A stretch of 64,000 bases of DNA from an uncultured Actinomycetota bacterium (GTDB lineage Bacteria > Actinomycetota > Actinomycetes > Streptosporangiales > Streptosporangiaceae): assembly GCA_963746485.1 (NCBI GenBank), contig CAVVBL010000008.1:8418-72417 (forward strand), given 5' to 3'. Position numbers and translations under genes: made by a program. How positions within the stretch are numbered: the stretch's first letter is position 1; every line of letters begins with the position of its first letter. Shown one piece after another: positions 1 to 9,426 of this stretch. The notes beneath the pieces are model-generated. The model saw only the letters and a list, made by a program, of their open reading frames with translations. It ran no database searches and was not told the origin of the DNA.

Positions 1-47
1 TGCTGGCTGACCTGGGCGCTGTCTTCAGGCACGACGGGGGGCACGAC

Positions 48-770
48 ATGAACGGACACAGGGCCGCTCAGCACGAGCAGCCCCCGGCGCCGGAGCGGCA
101 CCCGGGCGTGTTCCTGGCGCTGGAGGGCGGCGAGGGCGCAGGCAAGTCCACTCAGGCCCGGCTGCTTGCCATCTGGCTGCGCGACCAGGGCTACGACGTG
201 GTGACCACCCACGAGCCGGGCGCGACCAAGGTCGGGCTCCGGCTGCGGGCGCTGCTGCTCGACACCGCGCATACCGGACTGGCGCCGCAGGCCGAGGCCC
301 TGATGTACGCCGCGGACCGGGCCGAGCACGTTCAGTCGGTGATCGTGCCGGCACTCGAGCGCGGCGCGATCGTCGTGACTGACAGGTACGTCGACTCCTC
401 GCTCGCCTACCAGGGCGCCGGCCGGCAGCTGCCAGTCAGCGAGATCGCGCAGCTGAACGACTGGGCGACCGGCGGGCTGCGGCCGGAGCTGACGATTCTG
501 CTCGACCTGCCGCCGGTGACCGGTCTCGGGCGCCGGCTGAGCTCGGCGGACCGGCTGGAGTCCGAGCCGGCCGAGTTTCACCAGCGGGTCAGGTCCGGGT
601 TCCTGACGCTGGCGGCCGCCGAGCCTGACCGCTATCTCGTGCTGAACGCCGACCGGCCCGAGGCCGACGTCAGCCGGGACATCCAGCAGCGCGTCCGCGA
701 GCTGCTGCCGGACCCGGTCCCGCAGACGACCGAGGAGAACACCGGGTCCTTCCCGGCGGTGCGCGAATGA
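48..770 (+). CDS. tmk: dTMP (thymidylate) kinase
   Basis: 240-aa ORF. P-loop FLALEGGEGAGKST; VTDRYVDSSLAYQG region typical of Tmk. ATGA stop/start overlap with holB, the conserved tmk-holB pair. Confidence 0.93.
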   Translation: MNGHRAAQHEQPPAPERHPGVFLALEGGEGAGKSTQARLLAIWLRDQGYDVVTTHEPGATKVGLRLRALLLDTAHTGLAPQAEALMYAADRAEHVQSVIVPALERGAIVVTDRYVDSSLAYQGAGRQLPVSEIAQLNDWATGGLRPELTILLDLPPVTGLGRRLSSADRLESEPAEFHQRVRSGFLTLAAAEPDRYLVLNADRPEADVSRDIQQRVRELLPDPVPQTTEENTGSFPAVRE

Positions 771-1978
771 CGGCCGCGGCCCCTGTCTTCGCCGATCTGG
801 CGGGCCAGGAGATCGTGGTCGACCAGCTGCAGCGCGCGGTGGACGCGGCCGCGGCCGGTGCCGGACCCGGTCGCACCGCACCAGGCGGCACCGCACCAGG
901 CGGCGCGGGCATGACCCACGCGTGGCTGTTCACCGGGCCGCCGGGATCGGGCCGGTCACTCGCGGCGCGCGCGTTCGCCGCGGCGCTGCTGTGCGACCGG
1001 CATGGCTGCGGCGAGTGCGCGTCCTGCCGGCAAGTAGCCGCCGGGGCCCATGCTGACGTCCTGCTGGTGCGGCCGGACGGTCTGTCCTACGGCGTCCGCC
1101 AGACACGCGACCTGGTGCTGAAGGCAGCCGCCGCCCCGGTGTACGGACGGTGGCGGATCGTGCTGTTCGAGGATGCCGACCGGTCCACCGAGCAGGCCGC
1201 GAACGCGCTGCTGAAGGCCATCGAGGAGCCGTCGCCGCGGACGGTCTGGCTGCTGTGCGCTCCGTATGCCGATGACCTGCCCACCACTATCAGGTCCCGG
1301 TGCCGCCTCGTCACGCTCGTCACGCCGCGCACGTCAGCGGTGACCGAGGTGCTCGAAGCCGAGGGAGTGCCGCCCGAGCGGGCCAGGGCGGCCGCGCTGG
1401 CCGCGCAGGGCCACATCGGCCGGGCCCGGCGGCTCGCAACGGATGAGGAAGCCGCCAGGCGGCGCGGCGAGGTGCTGCGCGTGCCCGGTCAGACGGGCAG
1501 CCTCGGCGAGGCGCTCAGGGCCGCCGCGGCCCTGGTCAAGGCAGCCGAGTCGGAAGCGGCGGCGACCACCGGCGAGCTGGACGAGCCGGAGCGCGAGGCG
1601 CTGCGGCGCGCGTTCGGCGAGGGCTCGACCGGCAAGGGCGTGGCCACCGCCCTGCGCGGGGGTGCCGGAGCACTGCGCGACCTGGAGGACCGGCAGAAGT
1701 CGCGGGCGACCAGACTCAAGCGCGACTCACTGGACCGCGCCCTGCTGGACCTGGCCGGCTATTACCGGGACGTGCTCGCGCTGCAGCTCGGCGCCGCCGT
1801 GGAACTGGCGAACGAGCCGCGTGACGCCGAGCTGCGCCAGCAGGCCGCGGCCTGCGGCCCGGCTGACACCGTCCGCCGGATCGAGGCAATCATGCGCTGC
1901 CGGCAGCGGCTGGAACTCAATGCGGCCCCGCTGCTCGCGGTCGAGGAGCTGACGCTGGCGCTCGCTCAGGCCTGCTGA
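767..1978 (+). CDS. holB: DNA polymerase III delta-prime subunit
   Basis: 403 aa. AAA+ clamp-loader motifs WLFTGPPGSGRS, zinc module CGECASCRQV and SRC motif TIRSRC. Lies directly after tmk. Confidence 0.9.
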   Translation: MTAAAPVFADLAGQEIVVDQLQRAVDAAAAGAGPGRTAPGGTAPGGAGMTHAWLFTGPPGSGRSLAARAFAAALLCDRHGCGECASCRQVAAGAHADVLLVRPDGLSYGVRQTRDLVLKAAAAPVYGRWRIVLFEDADRSTEQAANALLKAIEEPSPRTVWLLCAPYADDLPTTIRSRCRLVTLVTPRTSAVTEVLEAEGVPPERARAAALAAQGHIGRARRLATDEEAARRRGEVLRVPGQTGSLGEALRAAAALVKAAESEAAATTGELDEPEREALRRAFGEGSTGKGVATALRGGAGALRDLEDRQKSRATRLKRDSLDRALLDLAGYYRDVLALQLGAAVELANEPRDAELRQQAAACGPADTVRRIEAIMRCRQRLELNAAPLLAVEELTLALAQAC

Positions 1979-2096
1979 TCGCGGCCGCGGCCCGGCGGGC
2001 TGGGGTGGGGAGAGGCTGCCCGTTCCCGTCCTGATGGTCTGATCCTTGCGCCGCCGGGGGGAGACGTGCGCCGTTATCAGGCCGTAATGTGGGCCC

Positions 2097-2945
2097 GTGG
2101 GCATGATGATGGCAGTGAGCTTCCAGCGGAACGGGCGGCTGTATTACCTGGATCCCGGTCCGTACCAGCCGGCCGTCGGCACGAAGGTGCTGGTGCCCAC
2201 GGACTCCGGTCCCGAGGTCGCCGAGTGCATCTGGGCGCCGCAGTGGGTGGACGACGACGTCACCGGCCTCCCGGTGTGCGCCGGGCTGGCCGATGACGAC
2301 GACCTCAGCCGGGACTCGTCGAACCGGTCGCGCCGGGCAGAGGCGCGGGTCGCGACGAGGCGGCTGGTTCGCGAGCACGAGCTGCCGATGAAAATCATCG
2401 GTGTCGACTACGTGGCCGCGGCCAACGTCTTCACCATCTACTTCAGCGCGCCGCACCGGGTGGACTTCCGGGGCCTGGTCAAGGACCTGGCCAGCCGGCT
2501 CCGGGCGCGGGTAGAGCTGCGCCAGATCGGCCCGCGCGACGAGGCCCGGCTGCAGGGCGGGATCGGGCCGTGCGGCCGCGACCTGTGCTGTGCCACGTTC
2601 CTCAAGGACTTCGAGCCGGTCTCGGTACGGATGGCCAAGGACCAGGACCTGCCGGTAAATCCGCTGCGCATCGCCGGTGCGTGCGGTCGCCTGATGTGCT
2701 GCCTGAAGTACGAGCACCCGCTGTACCAGGATTTCCACGCGTCGGCACCGAAGCAGGGCGAGCTGGTCGAGACGCCCGACGGGGAGGGGGTCGTGGTCGG
2801 TCACAACGTCCCGGCCGACCAGGTGATCGTCAAGCTGGCTGAGGACGGCCGCCGCACGTCCTGTCCGAAGGCCAGCGTCTGCGGTTCACGGAAGGCCCAC
2901 GAGGTGATGCACGGCAGTGCGCGAGGACAGGGGCAAGACCGGTAG
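2097..2945 (+). CDS. PSP1 domain protein (RicT/YaaT-like)
   Basis: 282 aa. PSP1-type core (YFSAPHRVDFRGLVKDLASRL) with Cys clusters GPCGRDLCCATFL and ACGRLMCCLKYE. Usual position downstream of holB. Confidence 0.8.
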   Translation: MGMMMAVSFQRNGRLYYLDPGPYQPAVGTKVLVPTDSGPEVAECIWAPQWVDDDVTGLPVCAGLADDDDLSRDSSNRSRRAEARVATRRLVREHELPMKIIGVDYVAAANVFTIYFSAPHRVDFRGLVKDLASRLRARVELRQIGPRDEARLQGGIGPCGRDLCCATFLKDFEPVSVRMAKDQDLPVNPLRIAGACGRLMCCLKYEHPLYQDFHASAPKQGELVETPDGEGVVVGHNVPADQVIVKLAEDGRRTSCPKASVCGSRKAHEVMHGSARGQGQDR

Positions 2946-2980
2946 AATCCTGTGGCCCGCTCGGTTCCGGCCGGGCGTGC

Positions 2981-3056
2981 GCCGCCTTAGCTCAGTCGGC
3001 AGAGCGATTCACTCGTAATGAATAGGTCATCGGTTCGATTCCGATAGGCGGCTCCA
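2981..3056 (+). tRNA. tRNA-Thr (anticodon CGT)
   Basis: Hand-folded cloverleaf. Acceptor GCCGCCT/AGGCGGC; D arm GCTC..GAGC; anticodon stem ATTCA/TGAAT with loop CTCGTAA; T arm ATCGG-TTCGATT-CCGAT; discriminator T; encoded CCA. Confidence 0.9.
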
Positions 3057-3084
3057 TCTGACCAGCGGGAACGCCCGCTAAGCC

Positions 3085-3366
3085 TTATGGATAATGGTCT
3101 TTCGTAGTTCTGTTCGTAGCAGTTTCTCCGAACAGAGCTCGCCCGACCCGGGCCGCTGCGTCCTGCGCCAGCAGCGATGACACGTGGCCGAGCATCTCCT
3201 GAACGACGGCCAGCGCGACGCCCTCGTCCAGGGCGATGGTGGCGGCCGAGTGCCGCATCGTGTGGGTGCCTGCGTGGGGGATGCCGGCCTGGGCCAGGAT
3301 GGCTGACCACTCGCGCAGATCCGCTGAGGGATCGATGAGTGGGCCGTCCTCGCGGGCGAATACCAC
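3085..3366 (-). pseudogene. Tyrosine recombinase (phage-type integrase) C-terminal remnant
   Basis: 93-aa ORF with box II-like HTMRHSAATIALDEGV and VVQEMLGH. The segment after LGH that normally carries the catalytic Tyr is missing and no N-terminal domains are present. Ends 29 nt from the tRNA-Thr 3' end. Confidence 0.7.
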
Positions 3367-3883
3367 ATCGTGGTCCTGCCAGAGGTTGGCCGCCGACCGT
3401 CGGGATCACGCTGGCCTCGATCGCCGGGGCGGACATCGCCCGCACCGCCGCGCTGTGCACGCTGCACGACGCGCACGAGACCCGGATCGGGGACGTGCCC
3501 GCAGTCGGCCGGGCATACGTCACGACCGCCACGCCGGAGGCCGTCACGGCACACCAGACGGCGGGGATGCCCGCCGACGCCGGCAAGGCCATCCAGGAGC
3601 TGATTGCGGAGTACGAGGACAACCAGACCCCTGAAGCGCATCTTGCCCACGACGCCGACAAGATCGAGATGCTCATCCAGGCGATCGAGTACGAGGCCTC
3701 GGTGCCGACACCCGGCAATGGCAGGACAACGCCCTCGCCGCGCTGCGGACCGACGCCGGCGCCGAACTCGCCCGCGCGGTCACGTCATCTAGCCCGCAAT
3801 GGTCGGCAGCGTTCAACGCCTCATACTCCGAGCTTCGCGCGAGCACGCGTGCGCACGAACACCTCAGGAAGCCTGTCGAGTGA
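3339..3883 (+). pseudogene. HD-domain phosphohydrolase (YfbR/HD_3-like), 5'-truncated and frameshifted
   Basis: Motifs LHDAHETRIGDVP and HDADKIEMLIQAIEYEA. After about 3700 the protein-like continuation (GADTRQWQDNALAALRTDAGAELARAV...) lies in another frame and ends at TGA 3881-3883. The expected N-terminal His motif is absent where the gene abuts the integrase remnant. Confidence 0.6.
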
Positions 3884-4079
3884 TCTTGCGGAAACACGCA
3901 GCACGGTACTTGCCGGTGCGCAGACGGGGGCACACGGTCGAATGCGCCCTTTAGTTTGCCCATTGGGCAGGCTTGCCATCCAGGTACCGTGTGGCGGACG
4001 TACAGCGGGCCTGTTTGCCGCTTAGGTTAGGCTGCTTGGCCATTCACGTGCACTGACATCTCCGCCGAGCGAGCAACCC

Positions 4080-4508
4080 AACGCCCAGACCACCTGGACC
4101 TACAACCAGGGCGTGATCCTGGGCGGGCTCGCCCAGTTGTACCGGGCCACCGGGAACCGCTCCCTCCTGGCCACGGCGGAGGGCATCGCCACGGCGGCGA
4201 TCGGCCGGCTCACGGTCGGCGGCGTGCTGACCGAGCCGTGCCAGGGCGCCGGCTGCTCGGCCACGCTCGACACCAACACGCGCTCCTTCAAGGGCATCTT
4301 CGTGAGGGACCTCAAGGTCCTGGCCGTCACGGCCGGCACTGCCCGGTACGCATTCCTCACCACGCAGGCCCGGAATATCGAGGCCCGCGACGCTGGCGCT
4401 TACCGCGGCTTCGGCATGTTCTGGGCTGGCCCGGTCGCCGATATGAGCGCTGCCAGCCAGGCCAGCGCGGTCGATGCGCTGGTCGCTTCGCTCAGGCTGC
4501 CAGGCTGA
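4080..4508 (+). pseudogene. Glycoside hydrolase family 76-like C-terminal fragment
   Basis: Frame reads TWTYNQGVILGGLAQLYRATGNRSLL...FKGIFVRDL, the C-terminal third of GH76-type alpha-1,6-mannanases. No N-terminal part or plausible start lies upstream; an in-frame stop occurs at 4023. Confidence 0.55.
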
Positions 4509-4532
4509 ACCTGCCCGCTGTGACCTCGCTGG

Positions 4533-5447
4533 CTAGCCTGCGTCCGGGTCGGGGTGATCACCTGGGGAGTGCAGCCAGCCGAGCAGATCCGGCGGCGCCA
4601 GCCGGGCGATGCGCTCCTGGTAATGCGCGAGCTCGGCCGGCGAGAGAATCTCGGCTCCGGCGCCGGATGTGCCGCGGCGGAAGAACGCCGCGCTGTCCTT
4701 GAGAATCCCGCCGGCCGAGACCAGGTTGGCCGAGTTGGCGCGCATCTGCTCGAACGAGGCCGCCTCGACCAGGGCCGGCCAGCGGGCCTCCGGTATCCCG
4801 ATCCCCAGCCGCCCGGCGATCCGGCGCATCTGACCCTCAAGGTCGGCGGACAGATTGTCGTAGTGAACCAGCATCACGTTCGGCTCGCCGCGCCGGGCCC
4901 AGGCGTCGGACAGGTGCCACATCACGCCGGGCAGCGAGTCCATCGCTGCCCGCGGGTCGGCGTCACTGTCGATCCGCTGCAGCAGCCACTCCCGCAGCGG
5001 CGGCCGCGGGGCCGTCGGGACGGACGGCTCCGGCTGACCGGTCAGCTGGCGGACCCTGGCCCGGTCGATGTTGTCGCCCTGGTGGTAGAGCGAGACCGAC
5101 ATGTCGAGCGGATTCCTGGCCGTGACCAGGTAGGTGGCCCGCGGGTCCAGTGGGATTCCGTCCAGCGGCGTGTGCGTCTTGATGAACCGGCGATGCTGCT
5201 GGTCCTCGAGCCGGCCGGTGACCTCGGCCAGCGGCGTGATCGTATGGTCGAGCCAGGGCGACAGGCGGCCGAGCAGCGCCGGCAGGTCAGGCGTCTGGAA
5301 GATCAGCAGCGCGCAGATCATCTGGACCCAGGTCGTGCCCGTCTTGGACCGAGTGCTGATCACGATGTCGCCGGCCCGGAACGGGAATCCGTCCCACCGG
5401 CCGCTGTCCTCTTCGTCTGACTGGTACCGTACCGGTGATTTTTCCAC
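4533..5447 (-). CDS. Sulfotransferase family protein
   Basis: 304 aa. 5'-PSB-like loop ISTRSKTGTTWVQMI and the downstream RNPLDMSVSLYH region are typical of PAPS-dependent sulfotransferases. Confidence 0.8.
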   Translation of the reverse strand: MEKSPVRYQSDEEDSGRWDGFPFRAGDIVISTRSKTGTTWVQMICALLIFQTPDLPALLGRLSPWLDHTITPLAEVTGRLEDQQHRRFIKTHTPLDGIPLDPRATYLVTARNPLDMSVSLYHQGDNIDRARVRQLTGQPEPSVPTAPRPPLREWLLQRIDSDADPRAAMDSLPGVMWHLSDAWARRGEPNVMLVHYDNLSADLEGQMRRIAGRLGIGIPEARWPALVEAASFEQMRANSANLVSAGGILKDSAAFFRRGTSGAGAEILSPAELAHYQERIARLAPPDLLGWLHSPGDHPDPDAG

Positions 5448-5514
5448 CGGCCGAGCCTATCCGGCCGCTGCGCGTCTTACGGGATGAGGCAGCCGGCCAG
5501 CCCGGCCAGCGCGG

Positions 5515-5706
5515 TCACGTGAGCGTGATCGCCGGAGCAGAACCCGTACGGTCAACGTGGACCGGGTGCAGGCCGGTGGCCTGAGCGCCGAGAACGTCGA
5601 ACCGGACGGAGCCGCCGGTGTAGACGCTGCGGTCCGCGGGGACGTCCAGCGCGTCGAGCGCGAGCAGAAAGATCCGGGCGTCCGGTTTCCTGACCGGCTC
5701 GACTTC
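5515..5706 (-). pseudogene. HAD-superfamily hydrolase C-terminal fragment
   Basis: Manual translation gives KPDARIFLLALDALDVPADRSVYTGGSVRFDVLGAQATGLHPVHVDR (HAD motifs III/IV, with the DD box degraded to GGS). No upstream HAD motifs I or II. Confidence 0.45.
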
Positions 5707-5769
5707 ACCGCCGTGGTCTGGTCACTACGGCTGTCTCCCGCTGGCGTACGCTCACGGCCGCTCGGGTCG

Positions 5770-6108
5770 TCAATCAGGGTCGGATGATGCGGCCAGGCCC
5801 TTGCGGATCAGCTCCACCAGGGGCTGTCCGCTCTTTCGGACGGCAGCGGCGGTCGCGCCGTCCAGGTAGACGCTGGTCTTCTTTGGCGCGATCTCGGCAT
5901 CAGGGGCGAGTAGGGATAGCGCTTCGATGTGCGTGCTCGTTTCGCCGACCAGCGCCCCGTAAGGGGAGAGCGCTGCCCACTTATCCTGGCCGGTGTCCAG
6001 CCTGACGGTGTATCCCGCGAACTTGCGGTTGTGCCAGATCACGTGAACTCTGGCGGGCCGTTCGCTACCGACTGGGACGCGCCTTATTTCGTGCGGCTGC
6101 GGCGTCAT
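5770..6108 (-). CDS. Hypothetical protein with C-terminal ribbon-helix-helix-like segment
   Basis: 112-aa ORF. The C-terminal KKTSVYLDGATAAAVRKSGQPLVELIRKGL resembles CopG/RHH DNA-binding modules. A perfect palindrome lies just upstream. Confidence 0.45.
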   Translation of the reverse strand: MTPQPHEIRRVPVGSERPARVHVIWHNRKFAGYTVRLDTGQDKWAALSPYGALVGETSTHIEALSLLAPDAEIAPKKTSVYLDGATAAAVRKSGQPLVELIRKGLAASSDPD

Positions 6109-6153
6109 TGGGATGTCTGCTCCTAGCTACTGGTCGGCATCCTGCAGCTACTC

Positions 6154-6170
6154 TACCGCTAGTAGCGGTA
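6154..6170. promoter_or_regulatory. Perfect 8-1-8 palindrome TACCGCTA-G-TAGCGGTA (candidate operator)
   Basis: Read directly from the sequence, 46 nt upstream of the 5770..6108 start, in a lower-GC stretch. Confidence 0.35.
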
Positions 6171-6954
6171 TACCGTAATCCTCACTCATCCGAGTGCAGC
6201 TCACAGGCCCTGTCCGGCCATGAGGTCCGGTTCGGAAGGCCCCGCGGGCGCAAGACGTGACTGGCCCGTCCTGCTAATGCCCGGATCCTTCTAGCGAGCA
6301 AAGACCACAGTCAAGGGCGCTCGCTGTGTTCGCGTCGCCTACGCGATGTCGCTCCGCGCCACCTCGAGTGTGATCTTCCCGGCAAGATCATCGGCGCCCA
6401 TCAGGGACGGGGCTGTATGCTCCGACTTGTCTGCGAGACGGACCCAGAGCTCACGCATGGTTCGAGCCACCGCGGGAGACGTGCCGCAGACTGGAGGACA
6501 ATTGTTCAACGGGTTTGTCGTGCCTCCGCCACCTCGTGACCCCATGCTGCGCAAGCCGAAGGTCGGTAGAAAGCCCGGCGAGAAGCGCCGCCGTCGGGAG
6601 ATGTCAGCCAGCCTGGCTGGTGCCAAGGACTTGGGAGCTGTGCTTCTTGCAGCCATCGTCCTCGTCGTGATCGTCGTGCTCGTCGTGACGCTGTCCAGTC
6701 TGTGGGGCTAACTACCGGGACGCAGCGGCAGGCCGGACCGGGGTGTTCCGGCTCACGTCCGCCGCTGGCTCGCCCCGGCCGCGACGCACGCTGATCCAGG
6801 CCGCGGCCGCGGGCTGCCCGAGGTGCTGCGCAGCCAGTGCCGCAGCCCGGCCTGGCTGACCGGCAGACCGGCAGACCGCTAATTTGACCTTGACCCTGGG
6901 GGAAGCCGCACAGTCTGGGGAGCCGGGCATCGGCCTGGCACGAGGGAGCCGTCC

Positions 6955-7812
6955 GTGGACCTGATGAGCATCGGTGAGTTCGCCAGGCTGTCCCGCCTGT
7001 CGCCCAAGGCGCTGCGCCTGTATGACGAGCTGGGACTGCTGCCGCCCGCCGAGGTCGATCCGGACTCTGGTTACCGCTGGTATGCCGCCGGTCAGCTGGA
7101 CAACGCTCGGCTGGTCGCGTCGCTGCGCCAGATCGGAGTGCCGCTGGCGCAGATCCAGCTGATCCTCAGCCTGGAGCCGGAGGCCGCTGCGGCGCAAGTC
7201 GGCGCTTACTGGTCAGGGACTGAAGCCGATCATGCTGCCCGCCGGGACCTGGCCGGCTACCTCGTTGACCGCCTGGCTGGAAAGAGGAACGTCATGTACG
7301 AGGTCAAGGTCCGCGATATCCCCGCCCGCAGCCTGCTCTGCCTGCTGCGGCATGCCAGCACCGATCAGGAAGTGTGGGACCTGGGCAAGGAGGTCCTCGG
7401 CATGCTCAAGGCCCAGCCGGTGCCGGTGCCCCGGATCGAAGGAGTCGCCGGGGCCGCGTTCCTGGTCTACTACGGGGAGGTGAACCAGGACAGCGACGGC
7501 CCGGTGGAGTTCTGCTGGCCGGTGCCGCAGGATCAAGCCGGCCGGCTCGCCGCCAGCCTCCCCGGACTCACGCTGCGCACCGAGCCTGCGCACCAGGAGG
7601 CCTACGTTCACCTGGACCAGGACGCGACGGCGGCGCAGTGGCAAGCCGTCGGGGACTCGGCGCTGGCCTGGGCGGCCGAGCAGCAGCGGCAGCCCGGTGA
7701 CCTGCCCCTGCGCGTTACCCTCCTGGCTACCGCCGCGCCAGTGACCGACGCCAGCACACGCGGCGGCAGCGACCTCGCCCTTCCGCTGCGCGACCGGGCC
7801 GGCGCCGCATGA
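6955..7812 (+). CDS. MerR family transcriptional regulator with GyrI-like effector domain
   Basis: N-terminal HTH MSIGEFARLSRLSPKALRLYDELGLL..YRWY. A long C-terminal domain is typical of MerR/GyrI-like (BmrR-type) regulators. Start could be GTG 6955 or ATG 6964. Confidence 0.8.
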   Translation: MDLMSIGEFARLSRLSPKALRLYDELGLLPPAEVDPDSGYRWYAAGQLDNARLVASLRQIGVPLAQIQLILSLEPEAAAAQVGAYWSGTEADHAARRDLAGYLVDRLAGKRNVMYEVKVRDIPARSLLCLLRHASTDQEVWDLGKEVLGMLKAQPVPVPRIEGVAGAAFLVYYGEVNQDSDGPVEFCWPVPQDQAGRLAASLPGLTLRTEPAHQEAYVHLDQDATAAQWQAVGDSALAWAAEQQRQPGDLPLRVTLLATAAPVTDASTRGGSDLALPLRDRAGAA

Positions 7813-7890
7813 GGACCAGAGCCGTGATCTGTGACGGTCAGCGGCGGGACGTGCGCGCTGCCGGCGATCCGGACACGGAGGGGTACTCCG

Positions 7891-8454
7891 ATGCGAGTGG
7901 TTGACATCGTGATCGGCGTGGGCTGGGTCATTTTCTGGGTGGGCTGGTTCGCCGCATCCGCCGGGGCCAAGCGGGGACAGCGGGGACGGGGCAACTGGGC
8001 GCGCTTCGCGGGCGTCCGGGTGGCGCTCATCCTGGTCGTCGTGCTCCTGGTCCGGCTGAGGGTGCTGAAGGGGCATGGCGTCGGATACGTCAGAGACCCG
8101 GTCCTGTGGGGCGTCGGCCTCGCCATCTGGATCCTCGGTCTGGGACTGGCCGTCTGGGCGCGGATCTACCTTGGCCGGAACTGGGGAATGCCGACGTCGA
8201 CGAAGGAAGACCCCGAGCTGGTCACATCCGGTCCGTACCGGACGATCCGGCACCCGATTTACACCGGCATCCTGCTGGCGATTATCGGCTCGGCGATCGC
8301 TGTCAGCGTCTGGTGGCTGATCGCCGTGGCACTGATCGGCGGGTACTTCATCTACAGCGCCTTCGTGGAGGAGCGCAATATGACCAGGCTCTTCCCCAGT
8401 GCCTATCCGGAGTACCAGCAGTCCACGAAAATGCTGATCCCCTTTGTCTGCTGA
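7891..8454 (+). CDS. Isoprenylcysteine carboxyl methyltransferase (ICMT/PEMT) family membrane protein
   Basis: LGRNWG...LVTSGPYRTIRHPIYTGILL signature with multiple TM helices. ATG 7891 is preceded by GGAGGGG; the ORF remains open back to 7831. Confidence 0.75.
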   Translation: MRVVDIVIGVGWVIFWVGWFAASAGAKRGQRGRGNWARFAGVRVALILVVVLLVRLRVLKGHGVGYVRDPVLWGVGLAIWILGLGLAVWARIYLGRNWGMPTSTKEDPELVTSGPYRTIRHPIYTGILLAIIGSAIAVSVWWLIAVALIGGYFIYSAFVEERNMTRLFPSAYPEYQQSTKMLIPFVC

Positions 8455-8575
8455 GGGACGCGCGGCGCGTGCTGGCTGGCATGGGCCGCGGTACTCGCCC
8501 GCCTGGCGCTGACTGTTTCTGGCGGCACAGTCGCGATCATCAATGAGTACAACGCGCAGAGACGCAGCCGGCGTC

Positions 8576-8608
8576 GAGGACCCTCGGACCCGTGGTCCGA
8601 GGGTCCTC
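8576..8608. terminator. Perfect 15-bp stem hairpin between convergent genes
   Basis: GAGGACCCTCGGACC-cgt-GGTCCGAGGGTCCTC. Lies between the ICMT stop (8454) and the YCII stop (8614). No U-tract. Confidence 0.55.
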
Positions 8609-8613
8609 CGCTT

Positions 8614-8985
8614 CTACGCCTCGGTCTCGACGAACCTCTCACGATCTGGGAAGGGCCGCACCTCCTGCGGCCAGCCGACCGCCACCGCGACCCTGCCCGC
8701 CCAGTACCGGGCCGACGCTTCGTCGGGTACGTCGACGACGAGGAAGCCGCCGAGGTGCTCTTTGCTCTCGACGTACGGGCCGTCCGTGAACAGCGGCTCA
8801 CCGCTAGAGGCGTCCACGCTGAACACGGGCGTCTCCGCGACCAGACCGCCGTTGGTGTAGACGAAGACGCCGGCGGCCGTCATCTCCGCGATCAGCGCCC
8901 GGGCGGTCTTGGACTTCTCGCGCAGTTCCCCGAGGGTGAGGTCGGGAACCCACTCGTCGTTGAAGGCAATGAGGTACTCGGTCAT
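8614..8985 (-). CDS. YCII-related (YciI/DGPF) family protein
   Basis: MTEYLIAFNDEW...TDGPYVESKEHLGGFLVVDVPDEASA is a typical YCII fold signature. Internal ATG 8985 chosen over the 9030 ORF start. Confidence 0.8.
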   Translation of the reverse strand: MTEYLIAFNDEWVPDLTLGELREKSKTARALIAEMTAAGVFVYTNGGLVAETPVFSVDASSGEPLFTDGPYVESKEHLGGFLVVDVPDEASARYWAGRVAVAVGWPQEVRPFPDRERFVETEA

Positions 8986-9222
8986 GGCTTCTCCTTGTGC
9001 CGGGCGGCTCCTGCAGCAACCCTCCAGCATCGCAACGAACGGCGCCTGCCGAATCCGACAGGCAAGCAGAGAGGCCTCAGACCATCTTGGTCCGGGGCCT
9101 GGCTGCGACGCAGTTCACGCCGGCCGGGCGGCCTTGATGGACTCAATCAGGTGCCGCGCCAGACCATCATTCTCGTGTCCCGGCGTTGAGGCTCGGCGAT
9201 CTGACCCAGCTGCGCCCCGTAG

Positions 9223-9426
9223 GGGGCCCGCCGAAGCCGGAAATATGAGGTGCAGGTTCTCGCTGGGGAGTGCAGCCCGCTCCCGCGGCAGGCGGCCGAG
9301 GCCACGGCCGCGGTGTTGCCGGACGCGCGGCTGACGATCGTGCCAGGCGCCGGCCACCAGGTCTGGCACGAGGCACCGGGCTGCATGGCCGCGGCGCTGA
9401 GCCGTGTCGCCGCCCGGCTGGCCTGA
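9223..9426 (+). pseudogene. Alpha/beta hydrolase C-terminal fragment
   Basis: Manual translation gives VLAGECSPLPRQAAEATAAVLPDARLTIVPGAGHQVWHEAPG..., the catalytic-His end of alpha/beta hydrolases. The frame opens just after the in-frame stop at 9220-9222, and no nucleophile-elbow region is present. Confidence 0.5.

Noticed and set aside
6223-6236. aggtccggttcgga as a possible attR copy of the tRNA-Thr T-arm (aggtcatcggttcgat)
   Set aside because: Only a short, gapped resemblance, which could easily arise by chance. I cannot call an island boundary from it.
6339-6656. 105-aa minus-strand ORF in the low-GC spacer
   Set aside because: Only the last approximately 40 residues look protein-like, there are no motifs, and it mutually overlaps the plus-strand ORF 6346..6711. 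Coding status cannot be decided from sequence alone.
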